A stretch of DNA of 64,000 bases from Naegleria gruberi (lineage: Eukaryota), in NCBI GenBank assembly GCA_000004985.1, contig GG738845.1. One strand, given 5' to 3'. The notes under the pieces were generated by a model. The model was given only the letters and a program-made list of their open reading frames with translations. It did not search any database and was not told the origin of the DNA. The position numbers were made by a program, and so were the translations under genes. Every line of letters starts with the position of its first letter. Within the stretch, counting starts at the first letter, position 1. Positions 23,479 to 34,867 of this stretch are shown one piece after another.

Positions 23479-24591
23479 ATGTTTGTCAAAGCTCAACACA
23501 ATAAGCAAAATGTTTCATTAATTGCTGGAGGACATTATTTTGGAGGAGAGGAAAATTCAATTGAAAAGACAACAAGACTAGTAAAGGATTTGAGTAAAAT
23601 TGAAAAGGTGATTGCTTTGAATGAACAAGTACCAATAGTTTGTCAATTTTCAATCTTTTCCGAAGGAGAAGGTTTTGAAGAATTGTTTAAATCTGTGAGA
23701 GAACAAATATCTCAATTTTATTCTGCTTTGGATGATGAAAATAGCTATTATGGAACAAATACTTTGCATGATGCATTCACAACATTTAAATCATCCTATT
23801 CTTTTTATGAGTATGAGGGAGAAATTATTGATTTATTGAAAAAGAGATTTGGCATTTCTTATAGAAATGAAAATCATACACAAAAACTCATCAAATTAAA
23901 CAAATTTATCAAAAAGAATATGGGAAGATTATCAGGAAAGGAATTGAGAATTTTAATTGCAAAACTAGATCATGAAATGAATATTGAAAAGGATAAAAAG
24001 AGATTTGAGATTACATTTAATTCAATTAATACCATAATGGATACAGTGGATGAATGTTTATTTACAATATTGCAAATGTCACAAACTTTAAAGTATATAC
24101 AGAATGTACTTTTGGAAATAGCTCAAGAAATTTATCAAAAATTGAATATTGCTTTCAGATCATTTGTAATGCCTTGGATGATATTCTTATCAATAACTGC
24201 CAGATTATACAGTATTACCTTGGAGAATATGAAAGTTGTAGAGTTAATTTATAACAAATTTAAAAAGTGGTGCAATTGTCTTCCAACTAGAGAACAAGTT
24301 GCATCCTATCTCATGAAAGAGGTATCTATTATTTTCCTTACAAAAACTAATAGAATGGATTTTCCATCTCCATTTCCAGAAAGCTTGATAGAATTTACAA
24401 AGAATAATGAATCGTCAGATCTTTCTCAATTCCTACTCAATGAATCAATCAAGAAGGAGAATCAAGAATTAGTATTTTCACTTGTCGAACAAGTCAAGAT
24501 ACAGAAAAAACTATCACTAGAGAATGCCTCTAACATGTCTTCTGCTCCATCTTCGACGAGTAAGAAAAATAAACAGAAAAAGAAGAAATAA
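23479..24591 (+). CDS. Hypothetical protein of 370 aa with a C-terminal Lys-rich tail
   Basis: Single ORF with no confidently recognised domain. It is divergent from the ABCF gene across an intergenic region of about 200 bp. Confidence 0.45.
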   Translation: MFVKAQHNKQNVSLIAGGHYFGGEENSIEKTTRLVKDLSKIEKVIALNEQVPIVCQFSIFSEGEGFEELFKSVREQISQFYSALDDENSYYGTNTLHDAFTTFKSSYSFYEYEGEIIDLLKKRFGISYRNENHTQKLIKLNKFIKKNMGRLSGKELRILIAKLDHEMNIEKDKKRFEITFNSINTIMDTVDECLFTILQMSQTLKYIQNVLLEIAQEIYQKLNIAFRSFVMPWMIFLSITARLYSITLENMKVVELIYNKFKKWCNCLPTREQVASYLMKEVSIIFLTKTNRMDFPSPFPESLIEFTKNNESSDLSQFLLNESIKKENQELVFSLVEQVKIQKKLSLENASNMSSAPSSTSKKNKQKKKK

Positions 24592-24658
24592 AGGTATTGA
24601 AAGAATTAAACAGATTTAATCGAGCGGTGTTATTAATAGTTGTAGGTTTGTACGAACA

Positions 24659-24670
24659 TTCCCGCCAAAT
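24659..24670 (+). promoter_or_regulatory. E2F-like motif TTCCCGCCAAAT, 30-41 bp upstream of the RIIa/EF-hand gene ATG
   Basis: Seen in the sequence as acattcccgccaaatttg. It matches the E2F consensus TTTSSCGC with a CAAA extension. Confidence 0.45.
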
Positions 24671-24699
24671 TTGTAGTTTAAAAAAACAACTTTAAAAAA

Positions 24700-25728
24700 A
24701 TGAGTCACAAATATCAAAAGGATTTCTCTCTGCCCAATAACTTTCAAGAGACTTTACGGGACTTTACTAGAGAGGTTTTAAGATCTCAACCTGGTAACAT
24801 TTATCGATTTGGATATGATTATTTTATGAAGCTGGCTAAGGAAATGGGAGAAAGTACACCTGTGGTTACTGCTGGAAACAATGCCTCCAAAGTTAATGAG
24901 GAGGAACCAGAACAAGAATACAAGGTTGTACATACAAATAATAATGATTTACATACTTTGGATGAATCTCTGAACGCTAGTAGTATTAAACCAAACGAAG
25001 ACGACTACCAAAATATTTCCAGCATTTCCATACAAGATAAACCTGTGAGCATTAAATCTCAAGACAAATTCGAAGACAATGATGTCGAAGAGGAGGGTGT
25101 AGATGAAGATCCAGAAGGTGGTGCAAATTCTGCTTTTGAAGGAGACATGCTCCAAGCTATTGTACAAATTTCAGACCAAGAGCTTTTAAATATTATCTAT
25201 AATCAATTAAGCTCGTTCGGATATGAAAATCTTCCTATGGATGTCATTAAGGATGAAATCAAAAAAGTTTTCAACTATCAACTCCCTGAAGCAATCATGC
25301 TCTTTGTTATGGCAGAATCAGAAATTTCAGAGGATGGTACAATTGAAATTGGTCAATTCTCTCAACAAGTGACAAATGTTTTGAAAACAATTGTGGGAGT
25401 AGAGTCGTTTATGGAAGAAATTAATGTCAATGAGGCCGATGTTGTTCATGGACTCAACAAGATGGAACTGGATGAAGAATTGAAGGCCATTTTCGAAAGA
25501 GCTGACGAAGGCCAAACAGGTGCCATTTCATTCGCCAAGTTCAGAAGAGAATTGTTGGAAGCAGACTTGGACCTTTCTAGAAGAGAGGTGAATATTGTTC
25601 TCTCTGAGGCTGAGTCAGATGAGCATGGTCAAGTTCTGTATGAGAAGAGTATTAATAGTGCTCACAGACTTTTATTCATTGCAAATATGTTTGATGATTT
25701 TTGTAATGAAAATGATTTACATTTCTAA
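24700..25728 (+). CDS. Protein with an RIIa (PKA-RII/Dpy-30-like dimerisation-docking) domain and a C-terminal EF-hand-like region, resembling flagellar radial-spoke or AKAP-binding proteins
   Basis: The N-terminus PNNFQETLRDFTREVLRSQPGNIYRFGYDYFMKLAKE fits the RIIa consensus. The C-terminal ADEGQTGAISFAKF looks like a degenerate EF loop. An E2F-like motif lies 30 bp upstream of the ATG. Confidence 0.55.
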   Translation: MSHKYQKDFSLPNNFQETLRDFTREVLRSQPGNIYRFGYDYFMKLAKEMGESTPVVTAGNNASKVNEEEPEQEYKVVHTNNNDLHTLDESLNASSIKPNEDDYQNISSISIQDKPVSIKSQDKFEDNDVEEEGVDEDPEGGANSAFEGDMLQAIVQISDQELLNIIYNQLSSFGYENLPMDVIKDEIKKVFNYQLPEAIMLFVMAESEISEDGTIEIGQFSQQVTNVLKTIVGVESFMEEINVNEADVVHGLNKMELDEELKAIFERADEGQTGAISFAKFRRELLEADLDLSRREVNIVLSEAESDEHGQVLYEKSINSAHRLLFIANMFDDFCNENDLHF

Positions 25729-25921
25729 TTGGATCATTTAAAATTATTGTACATTTATAAAACTAATATTAACTAATTGATTTAATCTCAATGTTATTTG
25801 AACGACCATCATGACAAGAAAATGAGGAGATTTTACTTTTTCAAAATTTTAACGTTGACTTCCAATTACTGGCTAATAGAAGATTTCATTTGAATGTAAA
25901 TAAAAATAAATTTTAAAAAAA

Positions 25922-26695
25922 ATGAACTCTGCTGATCCGTTCGACCTGGTGAAAGACAAGGTCAGAGAAAAGCTGGCCTCCATCAAAGTTTTACAGGAGA
26001 TGTATATTGATCCAACAAGTCAAGAACAATGGAGAGGAATAGAAACCGAATTACAAAGTAATATTAAATCGGTTGATTTATTTTTGGGGGATCTGCAATC
26101 AACAATTGATATTGTAGAGAAGAATCCGCAACGTTTTAAAAACATTTCAAAGGAAGAAATCGGAAAACGTAAATTATTTATTTCGACAACATCACAACAA
26201 ATGAGACAAATAGAACAACAAATTAAAACTAGAAAACAAAAACAGCAACAACAGAAAAAAGAAACCTTGCTGACAAACGACGAGGATGAACAACCAATAC
26301 AACCAAAACCAACAGGAAAAGGTTCATCAAAATATTCTAGATTGGAAGAATCATACATTCAAGATAATCAAAAATTTATCGACCAACAATTACAAGTTCA
26401 GGATCAAGTCAAGAAAAATCAAGACCAACAATTGGATAAGATGGCAACTACTGTTCAACGTGTTGGGCAAATCGCTCAAGATATGGGTGATGAACTCGAT
26501 GAACAACACAGAGAGTTGGAGGATATGGAGCAACATGTCGATAAAACAAAAGGATTATTGGAAAGAACGAATAAGAGATTGAGCAACATGTTAAATAATA
26601 CCTCTGATAAGTGGAAAATTATTATCATTGTAACTCTGATTGTTGTGATTTGTATTTTATTTGGCTTGTTATTCATTCCAATTAAATTTAATTAA
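25922..26695 (+). CDS. Qc-SNARE of the syntaxin-6/Tlg1 family
   Basis: There is a syntaxin-6-type N-terminal domain, a SNARE heptad segment with a central Gln (QLDKMATTVQRVGQIAQDMGDELDEQHRELEDM), and a C-terminal TM anchor IIIVTLIVVICILFGLLFI. Confidence 0.7.
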   Translation: MNSADPFDLVKDKVREKLASIKVLQEMYIDPTSQEQWRGIETELQSNIKSVDLFLGDLQSTIDIVEKNPQRFKNISKEEIGKRKLFISTTSQQMRQIEQQIKTRKQKQQQQKKETLLTNDEDEQPIQPKPTGKGSSKYSRLEESYIQDNQKFIDQQLQVQDQVKKNQDQQLDKMATTVQRVGQIAQDMGDELDEQHRELEDMEQHVDKTKGLLERTNKRLSNMLNNTSDKWKIIIIVTLIVVICILFGLLFIPIKFN

Positions 26696-26714
26696 ATAAA
26701 TCAATTGTACATTT

Positions 26715-29700
26715 TTAAACAATTTCTGGTTTATCATTGACTGTTCTGTGGTGGGTTAAGGTTTGTCCAATTCCAACTGAGCTAGAGGTACCTGCTGTAA
26801 TCGGTTGACCAATGCTTGTTTGATCCTTTTCATCTGTGAAACTAGTACCCATATTTGTTTGATTTTTAAAGTTTCTGCCACTCTTATTTCCACCCTTTGA
26901 TTTGAACAATTTTCTTACAATTAAACAACAGCAACAAATAAAGCAAATCACACCGACAATAATAGCGTCATAAACATAACGATTATATCGAACATTATTG
27001 TAGTGCTCCATCAATTCATCAATATAGAGGAATGGATTTTCTTCACTGTCTTGTAATTCAAATTGGGATCTATTTGGGAAGTACCAATTGTAAAAGTTGT
27101 GTAACATTTCAACAACCTGTTCATTTGGTTTGGTTTGATTCATATCATCATTCAAACAAATGAATTTAGGTCTGTTTCTTCTCAATTCGTCCAATTGATC
27201 TCCAACTTTATCTTCATCATCTCTAATCATGTGGAATCCTACTTGAGATAAATCTTCCAATGTAAATGGAAAACGTTGTTCGCTCTTGTGTGCCTTTGTT
27301 TTAACAATATCGCTTAGGCCACTATTAACAAAATCTTCAAGAATTGGTTTAGTTCTGAATGCAGAGTCATCCATTGCTTGATATCGTGACAATACAAGCC
27401 TTGTATAATTGAGATGGCCATACAGGATATTTCTTACTGTTTGATGATACTCCTTAAATTCAGAAAAATCTTCAAAATAGGACCAAGATTTCCACTTCTT
27501 GTTACTCTTTGTACTGGCCCAGAAATAGGAACCAAATTCATCATCTTCTGAATTTTTTGTACTGTTTGTTGTTGCAGTTGTGTTAATAGGTGATGTACTA
27601 ATTTCTGGTGTTGGAGTCTTCTTTTTGCCCTTCTTAGTTTTCTTTTTTGGTTTTTCTAATCCTCCTCTTTCCTTTTTCATTTCATCATTAATTGTATTAA
27701 TACTAGATGTAATATTGGTATGTAAATCAGTTAATTTGGAGAGAGGTATCTTGTACTTGTGATACATCAAGTTAGCTAAATTTCTAATTTCATAATTATC
27801 CAAAACATTATCATTGTTTGTATCAACATGTTCCCTCAAAAATCTAGAGACATTATAGTGAATACCTTCATGCATTAAATAGTAGAAATAGGTAAATGTA
27901 TACTGCATATCACTTGAGGATCTAAATCTATTGGATGATGTGACATTGAATTCATATTCCCATTTCTTTTGAAGTTCGAACATAATGTCCCTATCAATCA
28001 TGTGAGGCATGTGAGCTGGTACCTTACGAGAGGCCCTACCATATTCTCTATTCAACAACTTATTCACATGAATTAAACTATCTCCAAACTTATCGAGGAG
28101 TTTTCTACCGATTCTAACAGGTGTGGAGCTTTCTGTGGTGACGCTGTTACTGCTGTCATCATAGTTTTCACTCTTGATTTCTCTTTCAATTCTCTTTTTG
28201 ATATTTTCATATTTTTCTTGATTCTTTTCCTTTTCTGCTAGATTGAAACGGAGGGAATTAACAATTTCTTCAGGATGAGATTGAACAATAGGAATTCTGT
28301 TAGAGTATGATGGTCGAATATTTGATGGAGACGAGATGCCCAATAACTTTCTGTTTTTCTTTTTTAACAACTTTTTCAAATATCTCAATTCATCACTATT
28401 GAGATTATCGATATTATAATTGTCGGCTTCTTGAGTTGGAGACTTTTCTGGTGTTTTAGGAACTTGCTGCTTCTCGGTTGCAATGACTGGATTGGTTTTG
28501 ATAACATTTTCAGAGATGTCATCAATTTCTGTTGCCTTTTCTTTTTGTTTGGTTTCTGTCTTGATATCAACAACTTTTTTAGTCAAATCATCTTCAATCT
28601 TTTTAGTGACAGGTTTGATTTCAGTATCCTTTTTAGCTTGTATAGTGTCGAGTGTACTAGTTGGGGTTTCTTTGGTGACAGTTTCCAAAGTATTCTTCAT
28701 TGGTTCAGTTTTCTTTTCCTCCAATTTAACTTGAGCTTTTTTGGTGTCAATAGATGCAGGACGAACAGCTTGGTTTTCAGTAATGACTGGATTGGTTTTG
28801 ATAACATTTTCAGAAATATCGTCAATTTCTGTTGCCTTGGTTTCTAACTTGGATCCAGATTGTTTCTTGGTATTTGTAACTGACTTGTCATTTTCTTGAG
28901 TATCAGAATTGATATTGTTCCAACTATTAAACCAATCAGTTTCAGGAGTTGTCTTGGTGGCTTTTTCTGCAGGTTTGGTGCTATTGTTCTTTCCAACAAT
29001 AGCATTAAGCTGAGTTTTAGAAAAGTAGGTAGAAACCACCAATGCCTTATTGTAGTTCTTGTCAGCTGCTAACTCTGATTCTTGTGATTCATGAATACCA
29101 AAAATGCTTGTTTCATTTGATAAGTTAAATTTTTTGGCAATGTAATTGAATGTATGATTTGAAACAACCTTTACGATGAAAGATTTTGTAATTGTCAATT
29201 TAGTGCCCAATTGTTCAAAAGTAGTGGAGTGAGTGTTTTGGAATGTATCAGTTTTGGAGGTATCATTAAGAACTCTCTCAGCTTCCAAAGAAACCGGGAC
29301 ATGTTCTTCATAGAAATTGGTATTGTTACTGTACTTGGTAACATTGGACTTGAGAGATTGATAATTAAAAGTGAATATGAGGAGCTTTTCCTTTTGTGAA
29401 ATTGTTGAACTTCTAACTAGCTTTTCATTTTCGTGATTGCCATTAGTAATTTGAGCATCTTTGAATATCTTACTCAAATCCAAGTAAATGGAAGGTTCTA
29501 TATTACGGACATAGATAACTGAAATGCTATTTTCCAATTGTACATGCTCCAATTCTGTCTTTAATTCCTTAAACTCGCAATCTCCAGCATCATAACCACA
29601 TTCTTTAACGTTACATGGTCTATCACAAAAACGATCACCAATCCATGAATCAGAACAAGAGGCTGAGCAATAATTCTTAGTATTAGTGGATGACCAAAAA

Positions 29701-31285
29701 CTATTAGAATTACTACCATAATTATAGTTACCACCATAGTTGCCATAACTTGATGAAGAGCTTGAAGATCCGTAAGAGAATCTCACATTTGGACCAACGC
29801 AATCACCACCATCAAAATCACATTGAGTAACATTGCAAGAAACGTCACAATAACCATCACCTAACCAAGATTCTTGGCATCCTTCATGGCATGGAGGAAC
29901 TTCCCAACTGAGGAATACTTTTTGTCCAGTTGAGTGACTATAAAAATCCTCTGGATACACATCGTTACCAAACATGACATCATCATTCAAGTAAATAAAC
30001 TTTTTAGAAAGGCCAGGAATTCTATGAATTTGAGATTCAATAGAAGGTGAGCTGAAAACTGGTAAATGGATTGGATTTCTGTAAACATCGGCATGTTTAA
30101 CAATTTTAACCTTTGGATTCTTTACGTTTAACCAGCTTGGCACTTGACCACTTGTCACAATATAAACATTTCTGACCCATGGAGCAAATCGTTCCAAACT
30201 ACGTAAACTGTATCTCAACTCATCATTATCTCTAAATCTGTTACTACTATTGGTATCATCAGTTTTGGTAGCATTCTTAGTTGTTGTACCATTGTTGATA
30301 ATTTCTGAGTCATTTTTAACTTTAGGAGTATTTTCCTTCTTTGATTTCTTAGTGGTCTTTTTTGTCAAAGCCTTGTTAGTTTTTGCTTTCTTTCCAGTGG
30401 CACCCTTTTTTTCAACCTTAGTATGTTGTTGTTTGGTAACTGGTGGTTTGGTTGTCTTTTTTGATGAATTGGTTTTCTTTGTAACAGGTGCTTTAGTCTT
30501 TTTGGTTACTTTGGCATTCTTATTGGTTTGAGGAATTGATTTCTTATTAGTTTCTTGTTTCTTCTTGCTTGTGGATTTCACAGAGAGTAATCTTCTTCTC
30601 TTCTTTGTTTTGTTTTCTTGTGTTTTCACATGTGCATTTCCTACTCCTTTCAAATGGTAATTATTGGTTGTTTTCTGATTGGATTTGCTAGAATCAGTAG
30701 TACTAGTAGTAGTAGTATTGGAAGACGTCTTGGTAGCAGCACTTTCAATTGTTTTAGTATTGTCAACATTAGATTTTTCTTCCTTCTCCTTTTCCAAAGC
30801 ATTAAATCGTTTCACTAAATTCTTGTGTATTGGATCGGAACCATTGACCCAAGTATAAACAATATCCATAGGTTCATAACACAATTTAGAAACTGAATTA
30901 ATTTTCATAATATTATCTCTATACATCCTATTACAATAATTTCCCAATTGTGATGCTTCATCATCCTATATTAAATATTTAAATAAATAATTTAAAAATT
31001 GAAATGTTAAAATTATTGAGAATAAATTCATTCGCATTATTATAAACTTACCACAAGGGTAGTCTTATCAGTGATGGAAATATCCAAAATAGATTGTAAC
31101 AAGTGCAATGCCGTATTTAAAGTAATAAATGTAATAATAATCAACAATATAGCACCCCATTTAGATGTTGCAAAGGAATAGAATGAACGTTGAATAGACT
31201 TTGAAAATTGATCATTAAAACAGGAACAACATTTCTTTCCTCTCTTATGATCCAATCCGACATTAGCAGTCGATGAGGGTAACAT
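26715..31285 (-). CDS. UDP-GlcNAc:lysosomal-enzyme GlcNAc-1-phosphotransferase alpha/beta homolog (GNPTAB, Stealth family). Two exons, 31052..31285 and 26715..30965, with an 86-nt intron.
   Basis: Stealth CR1 is DIVYTWVNGSDP. CR2 and CR3 are ELRYSLRSLERFAPWVRNVYIVTSGQVPSWLN..FIYLNDDVMFG. There are two Notch/LNR repeats, CHEGCQESWLGDGYCDVSCNVTQCDFDGGDC and CSASCSDSWIGDRFCDRPCNVKECGYDAGDC. CR4 is VPAHMPHMIDRDIMFELQKKW, and a C-terminal TM segment is present. The first exon encodes the N-terminal signal-anchor WGAILLIIITFITL and ends at a GTAAGT donor. Splice frames match ORFs 31040..31285 and 26715..30947. Confidence 0.85.
28481..28845 (-). repeat. Internal direct duplication inside GNPTAB, two ~70-nt copies about 290 nt apart
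   Basis: The segment aatgactggattggttttgataacattttcag(a/g)(g/a)at(g/a)tc(a/g)tcaatttctgttgcctt occurs at about 28481-28552 and again at about 28771-28845. Both copies encode ..KATEIDDISENVIKTNPVI... Confidence 0.75.
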
Positions 31286-31645
31286 ATTTTCCGATTCAAA
31301 AAAAGCAAAATTCTCTCTTTAACAACAACCTTCTTCTCTGTTGTTGTTGTTGTTTTCTTTAAAATAGTGTACGTTTACTCAGAGCAGTGTCTCCTTCGAC
31401 TACTTGGATGACACGTGTATGGTACGCCGTGTGAGTGTGGATTTCTTTTTTTTAATGGAGTTTAAGTGAGTGGATATACAGGAGTTTCAATTTGAAACGG
31501 TGAAGAAATAATGATACAATGATACAATTGAATCTACTTACAAGCTTGTTAACTCTCCTCTAGAAACATTCATACAAACAATTTTATTGCATCAAATAAT
31601 AATACACTGTTCAATAATTATTCAATAAAATCAAAGAAGAAAAAA

Positions 31646-33240
31646 ATGGGTCTTCCCAGAAGTACAGTCACATCAGTGTTGAGTTTCATTCTCGGAACGA
31701 ATGATGCCTCCATGAATATGATTGCATCAAAGAAGCAACCACAATTGGAAGGTGGTGGTGATGGTGCAGGAGGAGCCACTATGGAAACTGTTATTTATAT
31801 TGATGGAAATTCATTAATTTATCACAAATTGCAAGATGTTATTCCTGTAGATGCTACTGCTTCAACATTGTTTGCTGAGAAGAGTGTTTTGAAAATTGTG
31901 GAGCAAGTTAAGGATTCTGTAATTGGTCAATTGAATCATATTTATTTGGAGAATAGACCATTTTCAAAGATTGTACTAGTTTTTGATGGTCCTTGCCCAT
32001 TGTAAGTATAGTTTCCTTGCTATCATAATTATGAATTTGGAAAAGTGCTAAAAATCAAGAACAAAGAAAACGTAGATTTGCCAATGTTTCCAGTTTGATG
32101 GCAAGTCCAGGAACTTTTTTCATGTTTAAAATTTGCCAGGAGATTTATAAATGGGCAGATGATGTGTTCTATTCACATGCCACAAAGGGAGTAGATATTA
32201 AGGTGGAATTTTCTGATTGTTTCGTACCTGGAGAGGGTGAAATTAAAATTTTAGAGGCTATAAGAAATAATCCAAATTGTAGACATGTTGTCTATACTAA
32301 GGATAGTGATTTTGTATTGCTCTTATTGACATCATGTGAGGAGAATATCATTCTTGTAAATGATTATCAGAAAATAGAAAAGATTATTCTGGTAAAGAGA
32401 GTTAGAGATCAGTTTGGATTATTTGATAATCAACAATATAAGGAAAAATTGAATAGCATACTGTTGGATATGGTATTTCTATCAATAAGTTTTGGAAATG
32501 ATTACTTGAAACCAATGTCACACGAACAAAAATTGTTAAACCTATTATTGAGATACAAGAAAAAGAAGCAAAAATATCCAGAAAAGTCTCTCGTTCATAT
32601 TGAGAAGAATACAATTGGACTAGATTTGGAGTTTTTCACCAAGATTTTAATTAAATCGAAGGATGTACAACCCTCCATGAAACGATCAGAGGAAGAAACT
32701 CTTTTAACGCTTAATTATTTGAAGAGTTTGTTGTGGTGTATTGGCACTTATGAGAGTGGAGTCTGTAGAAATTACTCACAATTCTCACATTGCACACCAC
32801 CAGTACTTTTGTCTCAAATGATTCAAGATATGAGAATTTTAGCGAAAAGGGATAAGATATTAATGTTGCCAACAATTGGTGATTCAAGCTTGTTACCAGT
32901 TACATTTTTAATGTCCATAATGCCTTTCACTGTATTTAGACAGGCGATACCAAAGAATATCATTTCATTAATTGAGTCGGATAGGTCTCTAATTGTAGAG
33001 TATCAGAATCACTCTTTAAAGCCATCAAGTTTCTTCCAATTGAAAACAATTGAACAAAAGCTACAGTCCTCCATCTCCAAGGAGAAAACAATCCAAGAGG
33101 ATGACCAGATTTGGTGTGAAAAATTACTCTATCCACCCAATACAGTGTTCAAAGTTTCGAAAAATAGAATTGAGGATATCTATCTCAGAACCAAAAAAAT
33201 AGCTAAAATCCTTAAAAAGAGCAAGTCAAATAGTAAATAA
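31646..33240 (+). CDS. XRN-family 5'-3' exoribonuclease-like protein containing the catalytic core only (~510 aa). Two exons with a short intron near 32002..32046.
   Basis: Exon 1 starts MGLPRS and contains VIYIDGNSLIYH and LVFDGPCP. A GTAAGT donor follows CCATT. Exon 2 continues ..AKNQEQRKRRFANVSS, matching the XRN AKMNQQRSRRF motif. Later motifs are VPGEGEIKILE (GEGEHKI), TKDSDFVLLLL (DxD), DMVFLSISFGNDYL and YLKSLLWCIGTYESGV, a CR2-like segment. The exact acceptor position is uncertain. Confidence 0.65.
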
Positions 33241-33393
33241 TTTGAATGTGCAAAATTGTATTTATTTTGGTTGCGAACAGACTTGTCAGTGACTTTAGTT
33301 ATTTTACAAAGTTGTGCTTAGAAATTGGCTCGTGCCAAACCTAGATTAGTATTATTAATTGGTATCTCAAATAGTTCTTGAAATTGGAAATAT

Positions 33394-33993
33394 CTAGTCA
33401 TCCCACGACGACTGTTGTTTTGGAACATTCTCAAAATCTACTTCCTTATCATACTCATATCCCTCATCACCAGGTCTGATAACGTTGAATTTCTTGTCCA
33501 TCTCTGCCTTTACTCTCCTTAGGGTGACATCATCTAGCTTGTTCAAGTCTTTCTGTTGTGTTTCACTGTCTTCCTCATCCTCGTCAAAGTTATCGTCATC
33601 ACCTTGGTGATGGTACTTAGAGGTTGTATTATTGGTATTTGGGGAAGGTTTACTTTGGTTTTGTATAGATTGAGGCCTATTATCTGGAGGTAAAAATGAT
33701 TTTGTAGTAAAATCGACCAGTTTTCTGATCATTTTTGTAGTTTGATTTTCTGGAATGTGGGAGGCTAAATTCTTATGGTGCTTCATCAGGACATTAGACT
33801 TGATGTGTTCAACCAATTCATCTTCCTCTAATTCCGGATAGTTTTGTACAATGTAGTCTTCCAAGTAAATTTTTCGATGTCTGAGTTCCTTCTTTCCTTT
33901 CTTTGAAATTGTTGTATATTCAATTACGAGAGCACATAATTTCAATCTAATTCCAATTCTTAAAACATTTACATCATCGTTATTTGAGGGCAT
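33394..33993 (-). CDS. CEP19-like centrosomal/ciliary protein
   Basis: The 199-aa ORF contains DLNKLDDVTLRRVKAEMDKKFNVIRPGDEGYEYDKEVDFENVPKQQSSWDD. This closely resembles human CEP19 [42 protein letters not shown]..SCGWD, and the N-terminal IRL..LVIEY segment matches as well. Confidence 0.65.
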   Translation of the reverse strand: MPSNNDDVNVLRIGIRLKLCALVIEYTTISKKGKKELRHRKIYLEDYIVQNYPELEEDELVEHIKSNVLMKHHKNLASHIPENQTTKMIRKLVDFTTKSFLPPDNRPQSIQNQSKPSPNTNNTTSKYHHQGDDDNFDEDEEDSETQQKDLNKLDDVTLRRVKAEMDKKFNVIRPGDEGYEYDKEVDFENVPKQQSSWDD

Positions 33994-34171
33994 TTTTTTT
34001 GTAGATTTTTGGAGGCAAAAATTTCGTTCAAATAAGCTTCAGTGCTACATTAAGGGAGCCTAAATATGGTAAAAACAATTCTTGTTTGTGGAAAAATTCT
34101 TCTTCTTGAAACCTATAACATGCAATATGTGTTGTTGATACATCCTACAAAGTAGTGAAACATGCTTGTTA

Positions 34172-34867
34172 TTATTCTCTCTCTGTATTATTCAATATGT
34201 ATTTTAAGGAGAGAGGATAGAAATTCTCAAAGAAATCATATTTTCTATAATCTAGATAATTGTGGGGCCACTTATCAATTCCAATCTTTTCCTTGATCTG
34301 ATAAAATTTTCTTTTAAGAGTTGATAAACTACATCCAAGAACATTGCATGCTTGCTGTTGAGTAAGATGCAAGAGACGTATCATCTCATCATCTGTAATA
34401 CTATCCACACTTCTTTTTCCTCTTTTTCCAATCATGGATGCATCGACTCGAATTATGGAAACATGTTGATCCTTTGAATAATTAAAATATGAATTCTTAT
34501 GAACATCTACTGGGCTTAACATTTGATTTTCCATGAATGTATAAACAACTTGTTCAAAGGGTTTTTCGCTAGTATTCGAACTATTGGAATCTCTATTCTT
34601 CATTTCGTACTTTCTTTTGATTTTTTTAGTTTTTTTCACTCCACCAATCCTGAATTTCGACATGTATTCGAATTGTGAGTTGGATGTTAAGCATGTGTCA
34701 TCAACATCCTCATGCACATGCATGCCATCCGTTGTCACATTAGCAGATGTGTTGTACGCAGATTCTGGTGATGGTAATCTCATACTATTGTTGTGTTGGT
34801 GTTGTTGTTGATTTCCCCTATTAATGTTTAAATAGATGTTATGGTTTGATGTTGTTTGATGCATCAA
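34172..34867 (-). CDS. RWP-RK domain transcription factor
   Basis: The C-terminal ITDDEMIRLLHLTQQQACNVLGCSLSTLKRKFYQIKEKIGIDKWPH matches the RWP-RK domain, with a KWP variant of the RWP triplet. The N-terminus is Q/N-rich. Confidence 0.55.
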   Translation of the reverse strand: MMHQTTSNHNIYLNINRGNQQQHQHNNSMRLPSPESAYNTSANVTTDGMHVHEDVDDTCLTSNSQFEYMSKFRIGGVKKTKKIKRKYEMKNRDSNSSNTSEKPFEQVVYTFMENQMLSPVDVHKNSYFNYSKDQHVSIIRVDASMIGKRGKRSVDSITDDEMIRLLHLTQQQACNVLGCSLSTLKRKFYQIKEKIGIDKWPHNYLDYRKYDFFENFYPLSLKYILNNTERE

